IMG/VR virus record: IMGVR_UViG_3300042879_004946
Location: 32,001-96,000 of that record
Direction: 5' to 3' (one strand)
DNA length: 64,000 bases
Source: a virus
In this document: piece by piece, positions 18,895-29,671 of the stretch
Position numbering within the stretch: position 1 is the first letter of the stretch
Layout of the letters: every line of letters begins with the position of its first letter
Position numbers and translations under genes: made by a program
Notes under the pieces: generated by a model
Seen by the model: only the letters and a program-made list of their open reading frames with translations
What the model was told of the DNA's origin: nothing
Databases searched by the model: none

Positions 18895-19700
18895 AATGTG
18901 ATCTTCACGGAAGTCACTTAATACCAAGAGATGAAAATGATGAAATTTGGGATTGGTATTATAGTAAAAAAGTTAGTGTATCTTTCGATGTTCTTAATTT
19001 TACGCATGACGCTGACGTAAAAGTGTGGATTCAAATTGAATCACCTAGTGTTATTGATAACACAGCCGGTATAATCGGTCAAAAAAATAATTTTGACCTA
19101 ATATTAACATTTAGTGATGAGGTGTTAAATAATTGTAACCAGTCTAAAAAATTCATCTTTGGTGGTTGTATGTTAGACTTAAAAACACTATCATTAAATA
19201 AGAAAGATGAGATATCATATATTATGTCCAGTAAAAATTTCGCACCAGGTCATAGGTTTAGACACGAAATATGGGATAAATATAGTGATTTAAAAGATAT
19301 AAATGGATTAACCACTAGATTTGTAAAAACAGGTCCATTTTGGTTACCGAATAAAAACGAATTATTTGAGAATGCTAAATTTCATATAGTGGTAGAAAAT
19401 TTAATAACTAACAGTTATATTACCGAAAAAATTGTTGATTGTTTTTTAAGTAAGACTGTACCCATATATTGGGGGTGTTCAAATATAGGTGAATTTTTTA
19501 ACACAGATGGGATATTACAGTTTAATAATTTACATGAATTAGATGAACAACTAAATAAAGTTAATAGTGGTTTATATGAACAATTAACTGATGTTATAGA
19601 AGAAAATTATCAGACAGCTCAAAAATATAAAAACCTATATGTTAGAATTGATGATACTATTAAGGATTTCATTTTGACTAAATACGGAAATAATAATTAA
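18885..19700 (+). CDS. GT10 (alpha-1,3-fucosyltransferase-like)
   Basis: FHIVVEN..YITEKIVDCF..TVPIYWG. Confidence 0.8.
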   Translation: MEIKCDLHGSHLIPRDENDEIWDWYYSKKVSVSFDVLNFTHDADVKVWIQIESPSVIDNTAGIIGQKNNFDLILTFSDEVLNNCNQSKKFIFGGCMLDLKTLSLNKKDEISYIMSSKNFAPGHRFRHEIWDKYSDLKDINGLTTRFVKTGPFWLPNKNELFENAKFHIVVENLITNSYITEKIVDCFLSKTVPIYWGCSNIGEFFNTDGILQFNNLHELDEQLNKVNSGLYEQLTDVIEENYQTAQKYKNLYVRIDDTIKDFILTKYGNNN

Positions 19701-19713
19701 AAATAAATAAAAT

Positions 19714-21048
19714 ATGTTAGAAAACACAGAATCAAATAATACACAAGAAAGAGGATTAACTGAGATATTAAGTGAACTTAATGATTATATAAGAGATAAT
19801 AAACCAGATTATCTCTATAATCAAAAATTTGAACCCGGCAAAAGTCAGGTTCTATATTCAGGACCTTATTGGGATGAAGAGGAGATTATGGCCGCCATTA
19901 AAACTTTTGTTAAAGGTAAATGGGTGGTAGCTGGTGAAAATGTTTTCATGTTTGAAAGAAAATTCGCTAAAATCTTTGGGGCTAAATACGCACAAATGGT
20001 GAATTCAGGTAGTTCAGCTAATCTTGTGTTAATTGCTGGATTGAAAAAATATTTTGGATGGGAGGATGATGATGAAGTTATCGTCTCCCCAGTTGGGTTC
20101 CCAACAACAATATCGACTATCGTACAAAATGGGTTAAAACCTGTGTTTATCGATATTGAATATGAAACACTAAATTTTGATATAACTAAAATTGAAGAGA
20201 AAATAACTAATAGAACTAAAGCTATTTTTGTTTCACCAGTATTAGGTAATGTACCAGATATGGATTTTTTAAAAGAGTTATGTGAAAGACGTGGACTTCA
20301 ATTAGTTGGTGATAGTTGTGATAGTCTAGGTTCTAAATGGGATGGTAAACATCTTAGTGAATATTATGTCGCTTGGTCTTCATCATTCTATCCAGCGCAT
20401 CACATCTCAACAGGTGAAGGTGGGATTATTTGTACTAATATAGAAGAATTAAAAAAGAACTTTACAAGTTTTGCTTGGTGGGGTAGAGATTGTTATTGTG
20501 TTGGTTCAGCTAATTTACTTTCATGTGGTACATGTGGTAAAAGATTTGATAATTGGTTGGACTCTTATAATGGTATTATTGACCATAAATACGTTTTCAC
20601 CAACATGGGGTATAACCTTAAACCAATGGATTTACAAGGTTCAATTGGTTTGGTTCAGTTAAAAAGATTCGAAGAGATTGATACTAAACGAAAAATTTCT
20701 AAAAATAGAATGGAAAGTATCCTTTTAAAAAATGTAAAAGGTTTATCTGGTGTTAAAATGTTAGAGAAAGCTGATACGTGTTGGTTTGGTACACCTTTTA
20801 TTTGTGAGAAAAAAGAATTAAAAAATAAATTAGTTTCCTTTTTAGAAGTTAATAAAATACAAACTAGAAATTATTTCGCTGGTAATATATTAATGCATCC
20901 AGGATATAAACACCTAGATGATTTAACTAAATACCCTAATGCTAATGAAGTATTAGATAAGGTATTTTTCTTGGGTGCCGCACCACATTATGATGAACAA
21001 GTTTTTAATTACATAGAGGAAATTTTTGCTGAAAAATGGATAAATTAA
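19714..21048 (+). CDS. rfbH: CDP-4-keto-6-deoxyglucose 3-dehydrase-like (RfbH/DdhC; DegT family)
   Basis: VNSGSSANL, SFYPAHHISTGEGG (His in place of the PLP Lys), GRDCYC..CG Fe-S cysteines, GYNLKP. Confidence 0.85.
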   Translation: MLENTESNNTQERGLTEILSELNDYIRDNKPDYLYNQKFEPGKSQVLYSGPYWDEEEIMAAIKTFVKGKWVVAGENVFMFERKFAKIFGAKYAQMVNSGSSANLVLIAGLKKYFGWEDDDEVIVSPVGFPTTISTIVQNGLKPVFIDIEYETLNFDITKIEEKITNRTKAIFVSPVLGNVPDMDFLKELCERRGLQLVGDSCDSLGSKWDGKHLSEYYVAWSSSFYPAHHISTGEGGIICTNIEELKKNFTSFAWWGRDCYCVGSANLLSCGTCGKRFDNWLDSYNGIIDHKYVFTNMGYNLKPMDLQGSIGLVQLKRFEEIDTKRKISKNRMESILLKNVKGLSGVKMLEKADTCWFGTPFICEKKELKNKLVSFLEVNKIQTRNYFAGNILMHPGYKHLDDLTKYPNANEVLDKVFFLGAAPHYDEQVFNYIEEIFAEKWIN

Positions 21049-21737
21049 AAGTACTTGTATTGGGTGATGGATTACTTGGAAGTGAAATAGTAAAACAAAC
21101 TGGATGGGATTATATCTCAAGAAAAAACAATAATTTTGATATCAATAATTTAAGAATTTCTATACCTAAAGACGAATATCAAAATCCAATTCACAATGTT
21201 ATTATTAATTGCGTTGCAAATACAGATACTTACTCAAATGATAAAGATTCACATTGGAATGTAAATTATAAAATGGTTGATGAATTGATTATTTTCTGTA
21301 ATGATTATAATATAAAATTAGTTCACATATCAACAGATTATTTATATGCTGGGTCAATTAATGAAGCTAGTGAAAATGACGTACCAGTTCATTGTAATAC
21401 TTGGTACGGTTATACTAAATTATTAGCTGATGGTTTGGTACAACTAAAAACAAAGAATTATTTAATTTGTAGGTGTACACATAAACCTAATCCTTTTCCA
21501 TACGATAATGGTTGGATTGACCAAATAGGAAACTTTGATTATGTGGATAATATAACATCATTGATAATACTAATGATAAATAAAGATTTATCCGGTGTTT
21601 ATAATGTTGGAAATGGAGTTAAGACAATGTATGAACTAGCATCTGAAACAAATGACAATGTTAGAGTTTCTTTTGCACCACCACATGTACCTAAAAATTT
21701 ATCAATGAATACTAAAAAACTATGGAGTCAAATTTAA
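21036..21737 (+). CDS. RmlD-like NDP-sugar reductase
   Basis: VLGDGLLG, VHISTDY, YGYTK. Confidence 0.75.
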   Translation: MDKLKVLVLGDGLLGSEIVKQTGWDYISRKNNNFDINNLRISIPKDEYQNPIHNVIINCVANTDTYSNDKDSHWNVNYKMVDELIIFCNDYNIKLVHISTDYLYAGSINEASENDVPVHCNTWYGYTKLLADGLVQLKTKNYLICRCTHKPNPFPYDNGWIDQIGNFDYVDNITSLIILMINKDLSGVYNVGNGVKTMYELASETNDNVRVSFAPPHVPKNLSMNTKKLWSQI

Positions 21738-22423
21738 ACCAACCATTTTTTTCTATAGCCATCCCAACTTATGGGTATAATGGGAAAGGTGTTGAATTTT
21801 TAGAACATAATTTAAATATTTTGTTTAAACAAAAATTTACTGATTTTGAAATTGTAATATCAGACCATAGTGTTGACGATACCATTTTTGAAGTAACTAA
21901 AAAGCATCCAACTATAAAATACGTTAAATGTGAACATGGTCGTGGTATTATTTCACCCAATTTAAATAATGCAATGAAACACTGCCAAGGTAAGTGGATT
22001 AAAGTTTTGTTTCAAGATGATTTTTTATATGATGAAAATTCTCTTCAAAAACAATATGAAATACTTAATGAAAACCCAGATATAAAATGGTTGGTAACAT
22101 CGTTTCAACACAGTAATGATGGTAGTACTTTTTATAGATTATATAACCCAACTTATAGTGATAATATATGGACTGGAAATAATACACTTGGTAATCCGAG
22201 TAACCTAACATTAAAAAATGAAGATTTACTTTTTTTTGATGAAGAGTTAAATTGGTTAGTAGATTGTGAATACTATTACAGAATGTATTTAAAACACGGA
22301 AAACCAACAATAATTAATGAGGTGACAGTTGTTAATAGAACTCATGGTGGTGGCTTAACCGATACGACCCCAAGTAGTATTAAAAATCACGAATTAAAAA
22401 AAATAATTGAAAAATATGTTTAA
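21722..22423 (+). CDS. Glycosyltransferase family 2
   Basis: SIAIPTY, EIVISDHS, LFQDD. Confidence 0.8.
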   Translation: MESNLNQPFFSIAIPTYGYNGKGVEFLEHNLNILFKQKFTDFEIVISDHSVDDTIFEVTKKHPTIKYVKCEHGRGIISPNLNNAMKHCQGKWIKVLFQDDFLYDENSLQKQYEILNENPDIKWLVTSFQHSNDGSTFYRLYNPTYSDNIWTGNNTLGNPSNLTLKNEDLLFFDEELNWLVDCEYYYRMYLKHGKPTIINEVTVVNRTHGGGLTDTTPSSIKNHELKKIIEKYV

Positions 22424-23075
22424 ATTACATAACGTAACACTTATTGCACTTACTTCAGTAAAAATAGATAAAACAATTAAAGCTTTATCACACAGTTGTA
22501 AGGATATAGAATTTGGTGCTGTTAAATTAGTGTCAGATATTAAACCAGATAATATAACCTATCCAATTTATCATGAATATTGTCCTAAGATGAGTAATAT
22601 TGATGAATGGAATTACGCCGCTATTTATGAACTACCAAAACATGTCGAAACAGAATTTTGTATCTTGATACATGATGATGGTTTTATCGTTAATGCTGAT
22701 TCATGGAGAACTGAATTTTTAGAATACGATTATATTGGGGCTCCTTGGCCTTTACCTAATGACGATTTTTCTTATAGAGATATAAACGGTGAACTTATTA
22801 GGGTTGGAAATAGTGTATCACTTAGAAGTAAGAAATTACTTGATTTAGCAATTGATTTACCATTAGAATGGAAACCATTTCACGGATATTATAATGAAGA
22901 TGGGTTTATTTGTGTTAATAATAGACATATTTATAAACAACACGGGTGTAAGTTTGCAGATATAGATGTTGCTAAATATTTTTCACACGAAACAATGATA
23001 CCAGAAATTGAAGATATCAAACCTTTTGCTTTTCATAGATATGCTGGGACTAATAATAAGTACATAAAATTTTAA
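22416..23075 (+). CDS. DUF5672-like protein (glycosyltransferase-associated)
   Basis: LIHDDGFI, YDYIGAPW, VGN.VSLRSK, NEDGF, FAFH. Confidence 0.7.
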   Translation: MFKLHNVTLIALTSVKIDKTIKALSHSCKDIEFGAVKLVSDIKPDNITYPIYHEYCPKMSNIDEWNYAAIYELPKHVETEFCILIHDDGFIVNADSWRTEFLEYDYIGAPWPLPNDDFSYRDINGELIRVGNSVSLRSKKLLDLAIDLPLEWKPFHGYYNEDGFICVNNRHIYKQHGCKFADIDVAKYFSHETMIPEIEDIKPFAFHRYAGTNNKYIKF

Positions 23076-23094
23076 ATTACCTTTAAATATAGAT

Positions 23095-23754
23095 ATGAAA
23101 AAAAAGATGATAATAAGTAGGTATAATGAAGATATTTCTTGGGTTAAAGAATATGAGAAAGATTTTGATTATATCATATATAATAAAGGTAAAAAGTTAG
23201 AAACAGGATATAAATCATTGGACGTAGATAATATAGGTAATAATCAAAGAGATATTTTCCATTTTATATATGAGAACTATAGTGACCTACCAGATATAAT
23301 GATATTTGTACAAGGTCACCCATTTGACCACTGTAAAAAAGATTCGTTTGATAAATTGGTCTATAATGAAACGTTGACATCTTTAGAGGATTTAAGACAC
23401 CTTCAAAATATGATGGATGAAAATGGTGGATACCAAGAAGGTAATGATTCTTGGTATGTAAATGCTCATAACAATACATGGAATCAAACTTGTAAGTGGA
23501 ATACTCTTGATGAGTTTATGGATAAAACATTTACTAATTATAAAAAATTGGATAAGATTAGATTTACGCCAGGCTCACAGTATATAATAACCAAAGACAT
23601 AGCTAAACACTACTCTAAAAACTTTTGGTTATACATGATGGATATTTTACATAAAAATAATATGACAGAAGGTCACATTATAGAACGATCTCTATTGGAG
23701 ATATTAAAATGTTATTTAGAACCGATAAATGAATTAAAAGATGATAACACTTAG
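23095..23754 (+). CDS. DUF3431-like protein
   Basis: ISRYNEDISW, IYNKG, NIGN, FVQGHPFDH, GHIIER. Confidence 0.65.
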   Translation: MKKKMIISRYNEDISWVKEYEKDFDYIIYNKGKKLETGYKSLDVDNIGNNQRDIFHFIYENYSDLPDIMIFVQGHPFDHCKKDSFDKLVYNETLTSLEDLRHLQNMMDENGGYQEGNDSWYVNAHNNTWNQTCKWNTLDEFMDKTFTNYKKLDKIRFTPGSQYIITKDIAKHYSKNFWLYMMDILHKNNMTEGHIIERSLLEILKCYLEPINELKDDNT

Positions 23755-24502
23755 TTCTATTATTTACGAAGGAAATTTTGATACATTTTTATCAGATGAT
23801 TGTTGGTTTATGAAATTCAAATCACCATTAATTACTAATAAAATTATTGTGGTTAATAACCTAACGTCTAAAGAGCTTTTTTTAGCTAAGGTAAACGATT
23901 TACTAACCAGACATGATTTCGAAGTAATTTATGTTAATGAAATTAAAGATATTGTAATTAACAAATACAAACTTGGGATTAACGAATCAACACATGGGTA
24001 TTATTATACAATACCTTATTTTTGTTTATTTGAAAAAGTAAAAACAAAATATGTTTTTAATGTTGCTAGTGACTGTATGTCTGATATTAAAATTAGTGAA
24101 ACATTTCTAAATTTATCTGTTAATGAACTAGAAACAAATAACCGTTGTTCAACAACTATGGTGGCTTGGGTAAAAAATAACCGTATCATGTCAAATAATC
24201 TTACTGTTGGGCAATCCGAAAATATAGAAACATTTAAACAACTATGTCTTAACTATATTGAGTCTGAAAACTTCAACTATACCTTTGGCTTTACTGACCA
24301 ATTTTTTATTGGGGATGTTGAAAGATTAAGGAATACGGATTTTAACATCCCAACACATATCTCTGAACAGATATATCATGGACCTGATTATGGGGGTAAT
24401 TGTTTTGAAAAAAGAATGGTAGGGCAACAAATACAAAATAATATTTTTAATTGTATATATAAAGGTAGTGATTATTATATACATTCAGGAAATCTACATT
24501 AA
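23741..24502 (+). CDS. Hypothetical protein in glycan island
   Basis: 253-aa ORF overlapping the upstream gene. Confidence 0.7.
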   Translation: MITLSSIIYEGNFDTFLSDDCWFMKFKSPLITNKIIVVNNLTSKELFLAKVNDLLTRHDFEVIYVNEIKDIVINKYKLGINESTHGYYYTIPYFCLFEKVKTKYVFNVASDCMSDIKISETFLNLSVNELETNNRCSTTMVAWVKNNRIMSNNLTVGQSENIETFKQLCLNYIESENFNYTFGFTDQFFIGDVERLRNTDFNIPTHISEQIYHGPDYGGNCFEKRMVGQQIQNNIFNCIYKGSDYYIHSGNLH

Positions 24503-24519
24503 ATTTAAATAATTAAACT

Positions 24520-25620
24520 ATGGGATTAGAAGAGTCAAAAAGAATTAACGAAGAAGGTATAGTTGAAGGTAAAACCTACACCAGTAATGTTAGTAAACTA
24601 CTAAAACACTTACCTAAAATAAAGAGATTACAAGATGGTATGAGACCATCACCAGTGATGTTTCATATGTCACCAGCTAATCCATGTAATATGACATGTA
24701 GTTTTTGTTGTTTTGCTAATAGAACACTTAAAGAAATGTTAACATATGAACAGATGACAAAAGCTATCGATTCATTCGTTGAATTAGGGGCTACAGGTAT
24801 GGAGTTAACTGGTGGTGGAGAACCAACATTACATCCCGATTTTGGTAAAGTAGTTAATTACGCTTATGAAAAGGGTTTAAAAATTGGTGTTGTAACAAAT
24901 GGGACTATGATAACTAAGTGGCATAAAGTTGGTGGTGTATGGGATAAACTTGAATGGATACGATTGGGTATGTATGGGTTCTATGAAGGGTATACTTACG
25001 ATATTGAAGCTTTAAGAACCTACCCTAATTTAACAATTGGTGCCGCCTATATTTGGGATGAAAATTTTGAACATTCTGATAACCCAAATGTTACTGGTAA
25101 ATGGGAAACAAAAGAAGGTGATAAAAAAGGTAAAAAATTAGCTAAAAATAGACAAACACCAGAACATTTCGAAAGAATGTTAGAGTGGGTTGAGAAGGAA
25201 AAAATACCAACAAGAATCGCTTTCAATTCAATCAAAGTATCTGATATAATTAAAGAGGATATAAGTTTAATCAAAGATAGAATCAAAGATAGAAACTTAA
25301 AGTATGCTTTCTTATCTGATTTCAATTGGAAAGGTGAGAGAAGAGATAGTAAATGTTATATGCACAACTTCAAACCGTTTGTTTTTACCGATGGTAATGT
25401 TTATGTATGTCCATGTGCTGAAATGTCGGTAGAAAATGCATATAGAGTTAATTCGGAGTTTAAAATTTGTGATATTGATGGTATATTAGACTTTTATAAC
25501 AGTGTACAAGCTAATAATGGTGTTGAAAGGACACATGCTTGTACCTATTGTAAATATGCAGCACAAAATGAATTAATTGGTGATGCTATGACAGAAACAC
25601 AACATAATGATTTCGCTTAA
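24520..25620 (+). CDS. Radical SAM protein with SPASM/Twitch-like C-terminus
   Basis: CNMTCSFC, TGGGEPTLH, VTNG, DGNVYVC..CTYC. Confidence 0.9.
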   Translation: MGLEESKRINEEGIVEGKTYTSNVSKLLKHLPKIKRLQDGMRPSPVMFHMSPANPCNMTCSFCCFANRTLKEMLTYEQMTKAIDSFVELGATGMELTGGGEPTLHPDFGKVVNYAYEKGLKIGVVTNGTMITKWHKVGGVWDKLEWIRLGMYGFYEGYTYDIEALRTYPNLTIGAAYIWDENFEHSDNPNVTGKWETKEGDKKGKKLAKNRQTPEHFERMLEWVEKEKIPTRIAFNSIKVSDIIKEDISLIKDRIKDRNLKYAFLSDFNWKGERRDSKCYMHNFKPFVFTDGNVYVCPCAEMSVENAYRVNSEFKICDIDGILDFYNSVQANNGVERTHACTYCKYAAQNELIGDAMTETQHNDFA

Positions 25621-25631
25621 AAACACAAGAA

Positions 25632-26330
25632 ATGAAAAAAATTAATATTGAAGAATTAAAAAATAAGAATGTTTACAATAATGAACACTTAGACACACCT
25701 TTTGAAGGAACATTCTATGATGCTGACTATTTTGAAAATGGTCAAGAATCCGGTAAAGGATGGTTGGAAAATTATAGATGGATGCCTAGAAGAACTTTTA
25801 GAGAAGCCTTAGGTATTATAGATTATCTAGAATTAGATGACAATAGTTATGTATTAGATGTTGGTTGTGCGAAGGGATTTATTGTTAGAGCTTTAAGAGA
25901 GTTAGAGATAAAAGCTGACGGTTGTGATATTAGTGATTACGCTTTATCTTTTGCACCTGAAGGTTCATGGAATTGTACATCATGGGAAAGTCATTATAAT
26001 TTTGGTTATACCCATATTATGGTAAAAGATATGTTGGAACATTTAACTATGAACCAACTAAATGAAATGTTACAAACGATAAAGAAAGTTGGTAATACAC
26101 TATTGGTTGTTGTCCCTATTGGTGATAAGGGTGTATATAGAATACCTGAATATCACATGGAGATATCACACTTAATCGCTGAAGATGAAGATTGGTGGAT
26201 GAATAAATTTATTGAAAATGGTTGGGAAATATATAAACATTGCCCATCAATCCCAGGAATGAAAGATAATTGGGATTCTCATGCTAATGGTTTAGGTAAT
26301 CACGTATTTGTACTAAAAATTAAATCATGA
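25632..26330 (+). CDS. Class I SAM-dependent methyltransferase
   Basis: VLDVGCAKG, GCDISDYA, MLEH. Confidence 0.85.
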   Translation: MKKINIEELKNKNVYNNEHLDTPFEGTFYDADYFENGQESGKGWLENYRWMPRRTFREALGIIDYLELDDNSYVLDVGCAKGFIVRALRELEIKADGCDISDYALSFAPEGSWNCTSWESHYNFGYTHIMVKDMLEHLTMNQLNEMLQTIKKVGNTLLVVVPIGDKGVYRIPEYHMEISHLIAEDEDWWMNKFIENGWEIYKHCPSIPGMKDNWDSHANGLGNHVFVLKIKS

Positions 26331-27250
26331 TAACAGCAAATTTAACTGGAAATTTAGGAAATCACATGTGGCAATATGCTGTATGTAGAACCGTAGCAGA
26401 AAAATTAGGGTATGAGTGGGGTATTAATTCATCACCATCACACGATTACCATCAAGGTCAAAATCAAATGTATTTTATGGATGTTGACTTTGGTAAGCCA
26501 GTTGAAGGTATTTTACATGAATATCGTGAACCGTGGAAAGAAATATCACATGTCGATAGGGTTAATATCACTATGTTGAATCCATCCTTATATGAGATAC
26601 AAGATAACACTCTACTTGTTGGTGATAGAAATATTAATCCAGGTGCAGTTGGTGGTTTATTTCAATCAGAAGATTATTTAATTGATAGGAAAGAAGATGT
26701 GCAAAAATGGTTTAAGATTAGACCAGAGAATAAAGAAATATATGACAAAAAATTATCTGATTTAGGTATTGTGTTAGATGATAATTTATGTGTGATTAAT
26801 TTTAGGGGTGGTGAATATCGTGGCCTTCATAACGTTATTTTAAGAAAAGAATATTGGCGAGATTCCATTAATCACATGTTATCTATTAATAATAATATGA
26901 AATTTTTGGTCATTACAGACGATATTGAATGGTCTAAAAATTTTATGCCATTTGAAATTGATACGGTACATGTTGATATTGGATTTGATTTCTACGTTGT
27001 CAATCAAGCTAAATGGGTCATCCTTTCAAATTCATCATTTGGGTGGTGGGCAGCGTGGTTGAATATTAACTCTAATAAAATAATCGCACCAAAGTATTGG
27101 GCTAGACATAATGTTAGTGATGGGTATTGGGCTACTGGTGATGTATACACTAGGACATTCACATATATGGATAGAGAAGGTAATCTATCTGATTATGAAA
27201 CTTGTAGACGTGAGGCTGAAGATTATTATAGAGTAAAAAACATTATTTAA
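26327..27250 (+). CDS. Second GT11-like glycosyltransferase
   Basis: GNLGNHMWQY, NFRGGEY, ILSNSSFGWWAAWL. Confidence 0.8.
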   Translation: MITANLTGNLGNHMWQYAVCRTVAEKLGYEWGINSSPSHDYHQGQNQMYFMDVDFGKPVEGILHEYREPWKEISHVDRVNITMLNPSLYEIQDNTLLVGDRNINPGAVGGLFQSEDYLIDRKEDVQKWFKIRPENKEIYDKKLSDLGIVLDDNLCVINFRGGEYRGLHNVILRKEYWRDSINHMLSINNNMKFLVITDDIEWSKNFMPFEIDTVHVDIGFDFYVVNQAKWVILSNSSFGWWAAWLNINSNKIIAPKYWARHNVSDGYWATGDVYTRTFTYMDREGNLSDYETCRREAEDYYRVKNII

Positions 27251-28119
27251 TGAGAAAGATTTATGATTGTTTTTTATTTTTTAATGAATTAGATTTATTA
27301 GAACTTAGACTTAATATATTAGATGATTATGTCGATTATTTCGTATTAGCTGAGGCATCTGTAACACATAGTGGTTTAGATAAACCATATTATTTTGAAG
27401 ACAACAAAAAGAGGTACTCTAAATTTTTACATAAAATTATTCATGTAAAATCAAATGATATACCTAATGATTTTAATAACTTACCTAGTATTGGTAGTAC
27501 TAATGCATTCGATGATAAAGCTGTTAAACAAATCCATGATTTTATAAATACACAAACACATAGATTCAATAGAACAACCGAACCACATTTTGGTCGGGAT
27601 TTTTTTCAAAAAGAGTCGATTAGAAGAGGTCTCATGAATTGTAATGATGAAGATATAATTCTATCGTCAGATTTAGATGAAATACCAAACCCAGAAATTT
27701 TAAAACAAGTGGATGAAATATTAAGTAGTGGTAAATTTTTTACATTTAATCAAACCACGTATTATTACTATTTAAATTTATTAAAAGAGTATGATTGGCA
27801 AGGTACTAGAATGGGTAAATATGGTGATTTAAAAAATTATTCATACAATGAATTAAGAGCTCAACAAAACATACGACTATCTAATGGTGGATGGCATTTT
27901 AGTTTCCAAGGTGGGTTAGAAAAAGTTAAAACCAAAATTAAATCATATTCACATCAAGAAATGAATACACCAGATATTTTTGAAAAATTACATAATAATA
28001 TAGAAAATAATATCGACCCATTTAATCGCGGGTTATTAAATCTTGTTGAGATAGATAATACATATCCAAAATATCTGTTGGAGAATAAAGAAAAGTATAA
28101 ACATATGATAAAATCATGA
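27250..28119 (+). CDS. GT17 (beta-1,4-GlcNAc-transferase-like)
   Basis: YDCFLFFNELDLLELRL, SDLDEIP, GWHFSF. Confidence 0.85.
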   Translation: MRKIYDCFLFFNELDLLELRLNILDDYVDYFVLAEASVTHSGLDKPYYFEDNKKRYSKFLHKIIHVKSNDIPNDFNNLPSIGSTNAFDDKAVKQIHDFINTQTHRFNRTTEPHFGRDFFQKESIRRGLMNCNDEDIILSSDLDEIPNPEILKQVDEILSSGKFFTFNQTTYYYYLNLLKEYDWQGTRMGKYGDLKNYSYNELRAQQNIRLSNGGWHFSFQGGLEKVKTKIKSYSHQEMNTPDIFEKLHNNIENNIDPFNRGLLNLVEIDNTYPKYLLENKEKYKHMIKS

Positions 28120-28658
28120 AATATAATTCACAAATGGGCCAAGACAAGTTTGTTGTTGAACAGTTAAAAAATAAAAAAAATGGGATATTTGTTGATATTG
28201 GGGGGGCACATCCTATTTCCATAAATAATACATACACTTTAGAAAAGGATTTAGATTGGACAGGCATATCTTTCGATATAGGTCCACCACATACTCACGG
28301 ATGTGAAACAATGTCTATTGATGAATATAAAATCTATTGGAACTCTAATCGGATAACCCCGATAATTTGTGGGGATGCTTTAAAACAAAATTATAGTCAG
28401 AAGTTTAAAGAATATGACCTACCTAAACGTATGGATTATTTATCAATAGATTTAGAACCACCTAAAGTAACTTTTGATTGTTTAATGTTAATACCATTTA
28501 ATGAATATATCTTTAATGTGATAACGTTTGAAACAGATTATTATAGAGATCCAACAACTAGAGAACCATCACGTCAATTATTATATTCACATGGATATAA
28601 ATTAGTGACGTTTGATAATCAAGAGGATTGGTATGTACATAACACATTAAATTTATAG
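28116..28658 (+). CDS. FkbM-like methyltransferase
   Basis: SQMGQD, FVDIGG..NNTY.LE..WTG, DYLSIDLE. Confidence 0.75.
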   Translation: MKYNSQMGQDKFVVEQLKNKKNGIFVDIGGAHPISINNTYTLEKDLDWTGISFDIGPPHTHGCETMSIDEYKIYWNSNRITPIICGDALKQNYSQKFKEYDLPKRMDYLSIDLEPPKVTFDCLMLIPFNEYIFNVITFETDYYRDPTTREPSRQLLYSHGYKLVTFDNQEDWYVHNTLNL

Positions 28659-28666
28659 TTTTTTTA

Positions 28667-29671
28667 ATGAAGAAAATAGTAGTCCTAGGTGGTGGTGGTT
28701 TTATTGGTTCACATTTAGCGAAAAGATTAAAAAAAGATGGTCATCATATCACAGTTTGTGATATTAAAAATCATGAATATCTTAACCATGATGAGTTTTG
28801 TGATGAATTTATTGTTGGGGATCTTAGAGACCCTGTGACAGTAAGCATGGTAATTAAACAGAGTACGGACGAAGTATATCAATTGGCAGCGGATATGGGT
28901 GGTGCGGGTTATATTTTTACAGGTGAAAATGATGCAAATGTGATGCATAATTCAGCTTTAATAAATTTAAATGTCGCACATGAATGTGTGAAAAAGAAAA
29001 TAAATAAAGTTTTTTATTCTTCATCTGCTTGTATGTATCCAGAACATAATCAATTAGACCCTAATAACCCTAACTGTGAAGAATCTTCAGCTTATCCTGC
29101 AAATCCAGATTCTGAATATGGTTGGGAAAAATTATTCAGTGAGAGACTTTATTTAGCTTTTCAAAGAAATTATGGTTTAAATGTTAGAATCGCTAGGTTT
29201 CATAACATTTTTGGACCTTATGGTACTTGGAAAGGAGGTAAAGAAAAAGCACCGGCAGCTATGTTAAGAAAAGTTTCTGAAATCAATGAAAAGGGTGAAA
29301 TAGAAGTTTGGGGTGATGGAACTCAAACTAGGTCTTTTTTATATGTTGACGAATGTGTTGAAGCGGTTTTAAAATTAATGGAATCAGATTTTATTGGTCC
29401 TGTTAATATTGGATCAGAAGAAATGGTTACCATTAATCAACTAGCACAAATAGCAATAGATATATCAGGAAAAAAGGTAAAAATTAAAAATATTTATGGG
29501 GACGAATTTTTTCAAAAATACGGACATAAATGTCCTATAGGTGTTAAAGGTAGAAATTCTGATAATAAATTATACAAAGAAAAAATTGGTTGGGTAGTTT
29601 CAGAACCACTTAAAAATGGTATGGAAAAAACTTACAAATGGATTAATAGTATGGTAAAAAAATATAATTAA
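28667..29671 (+). CDS. NAD-dependent epimerase, GDP-mannose 3,5-epimerase-like
   Basis: GGGGFIG, QLAADMGGAGYI, SSSACMYPE, YGWEK, RFHNIFGP..GGKEKAPAA. Confidence 0.9.
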   Translation: MKKIVVLGGGGFIGSHLAKRLKKDGHHITVCDIKNHEYLNHDEFCDEFIVGDLRDPVTVSMVIKQSTDEVYQLAADMGGAGYIFTGENDANVMHNSALINLNVAHECVKKKINKVFYSSSACMYPEHNQLDPNNPNCEESSAYPANPDSEYGWEKLFSERLYLAFQRNYGLNVRIARFHNIFGPYGTWKGGKEKAPAAMLRKVSEINEKGEIEVWGDGTQTRSFLYVDECVEAVLKLMESDFIGPVNIGSEEMVTINQLAQIAIDISGKKVKIKNIYGDEFFQKYGHKCPIGVKGRNSDNKLYKEKIGWVVSEPLKNGMEKTYKWINSMVKKYN

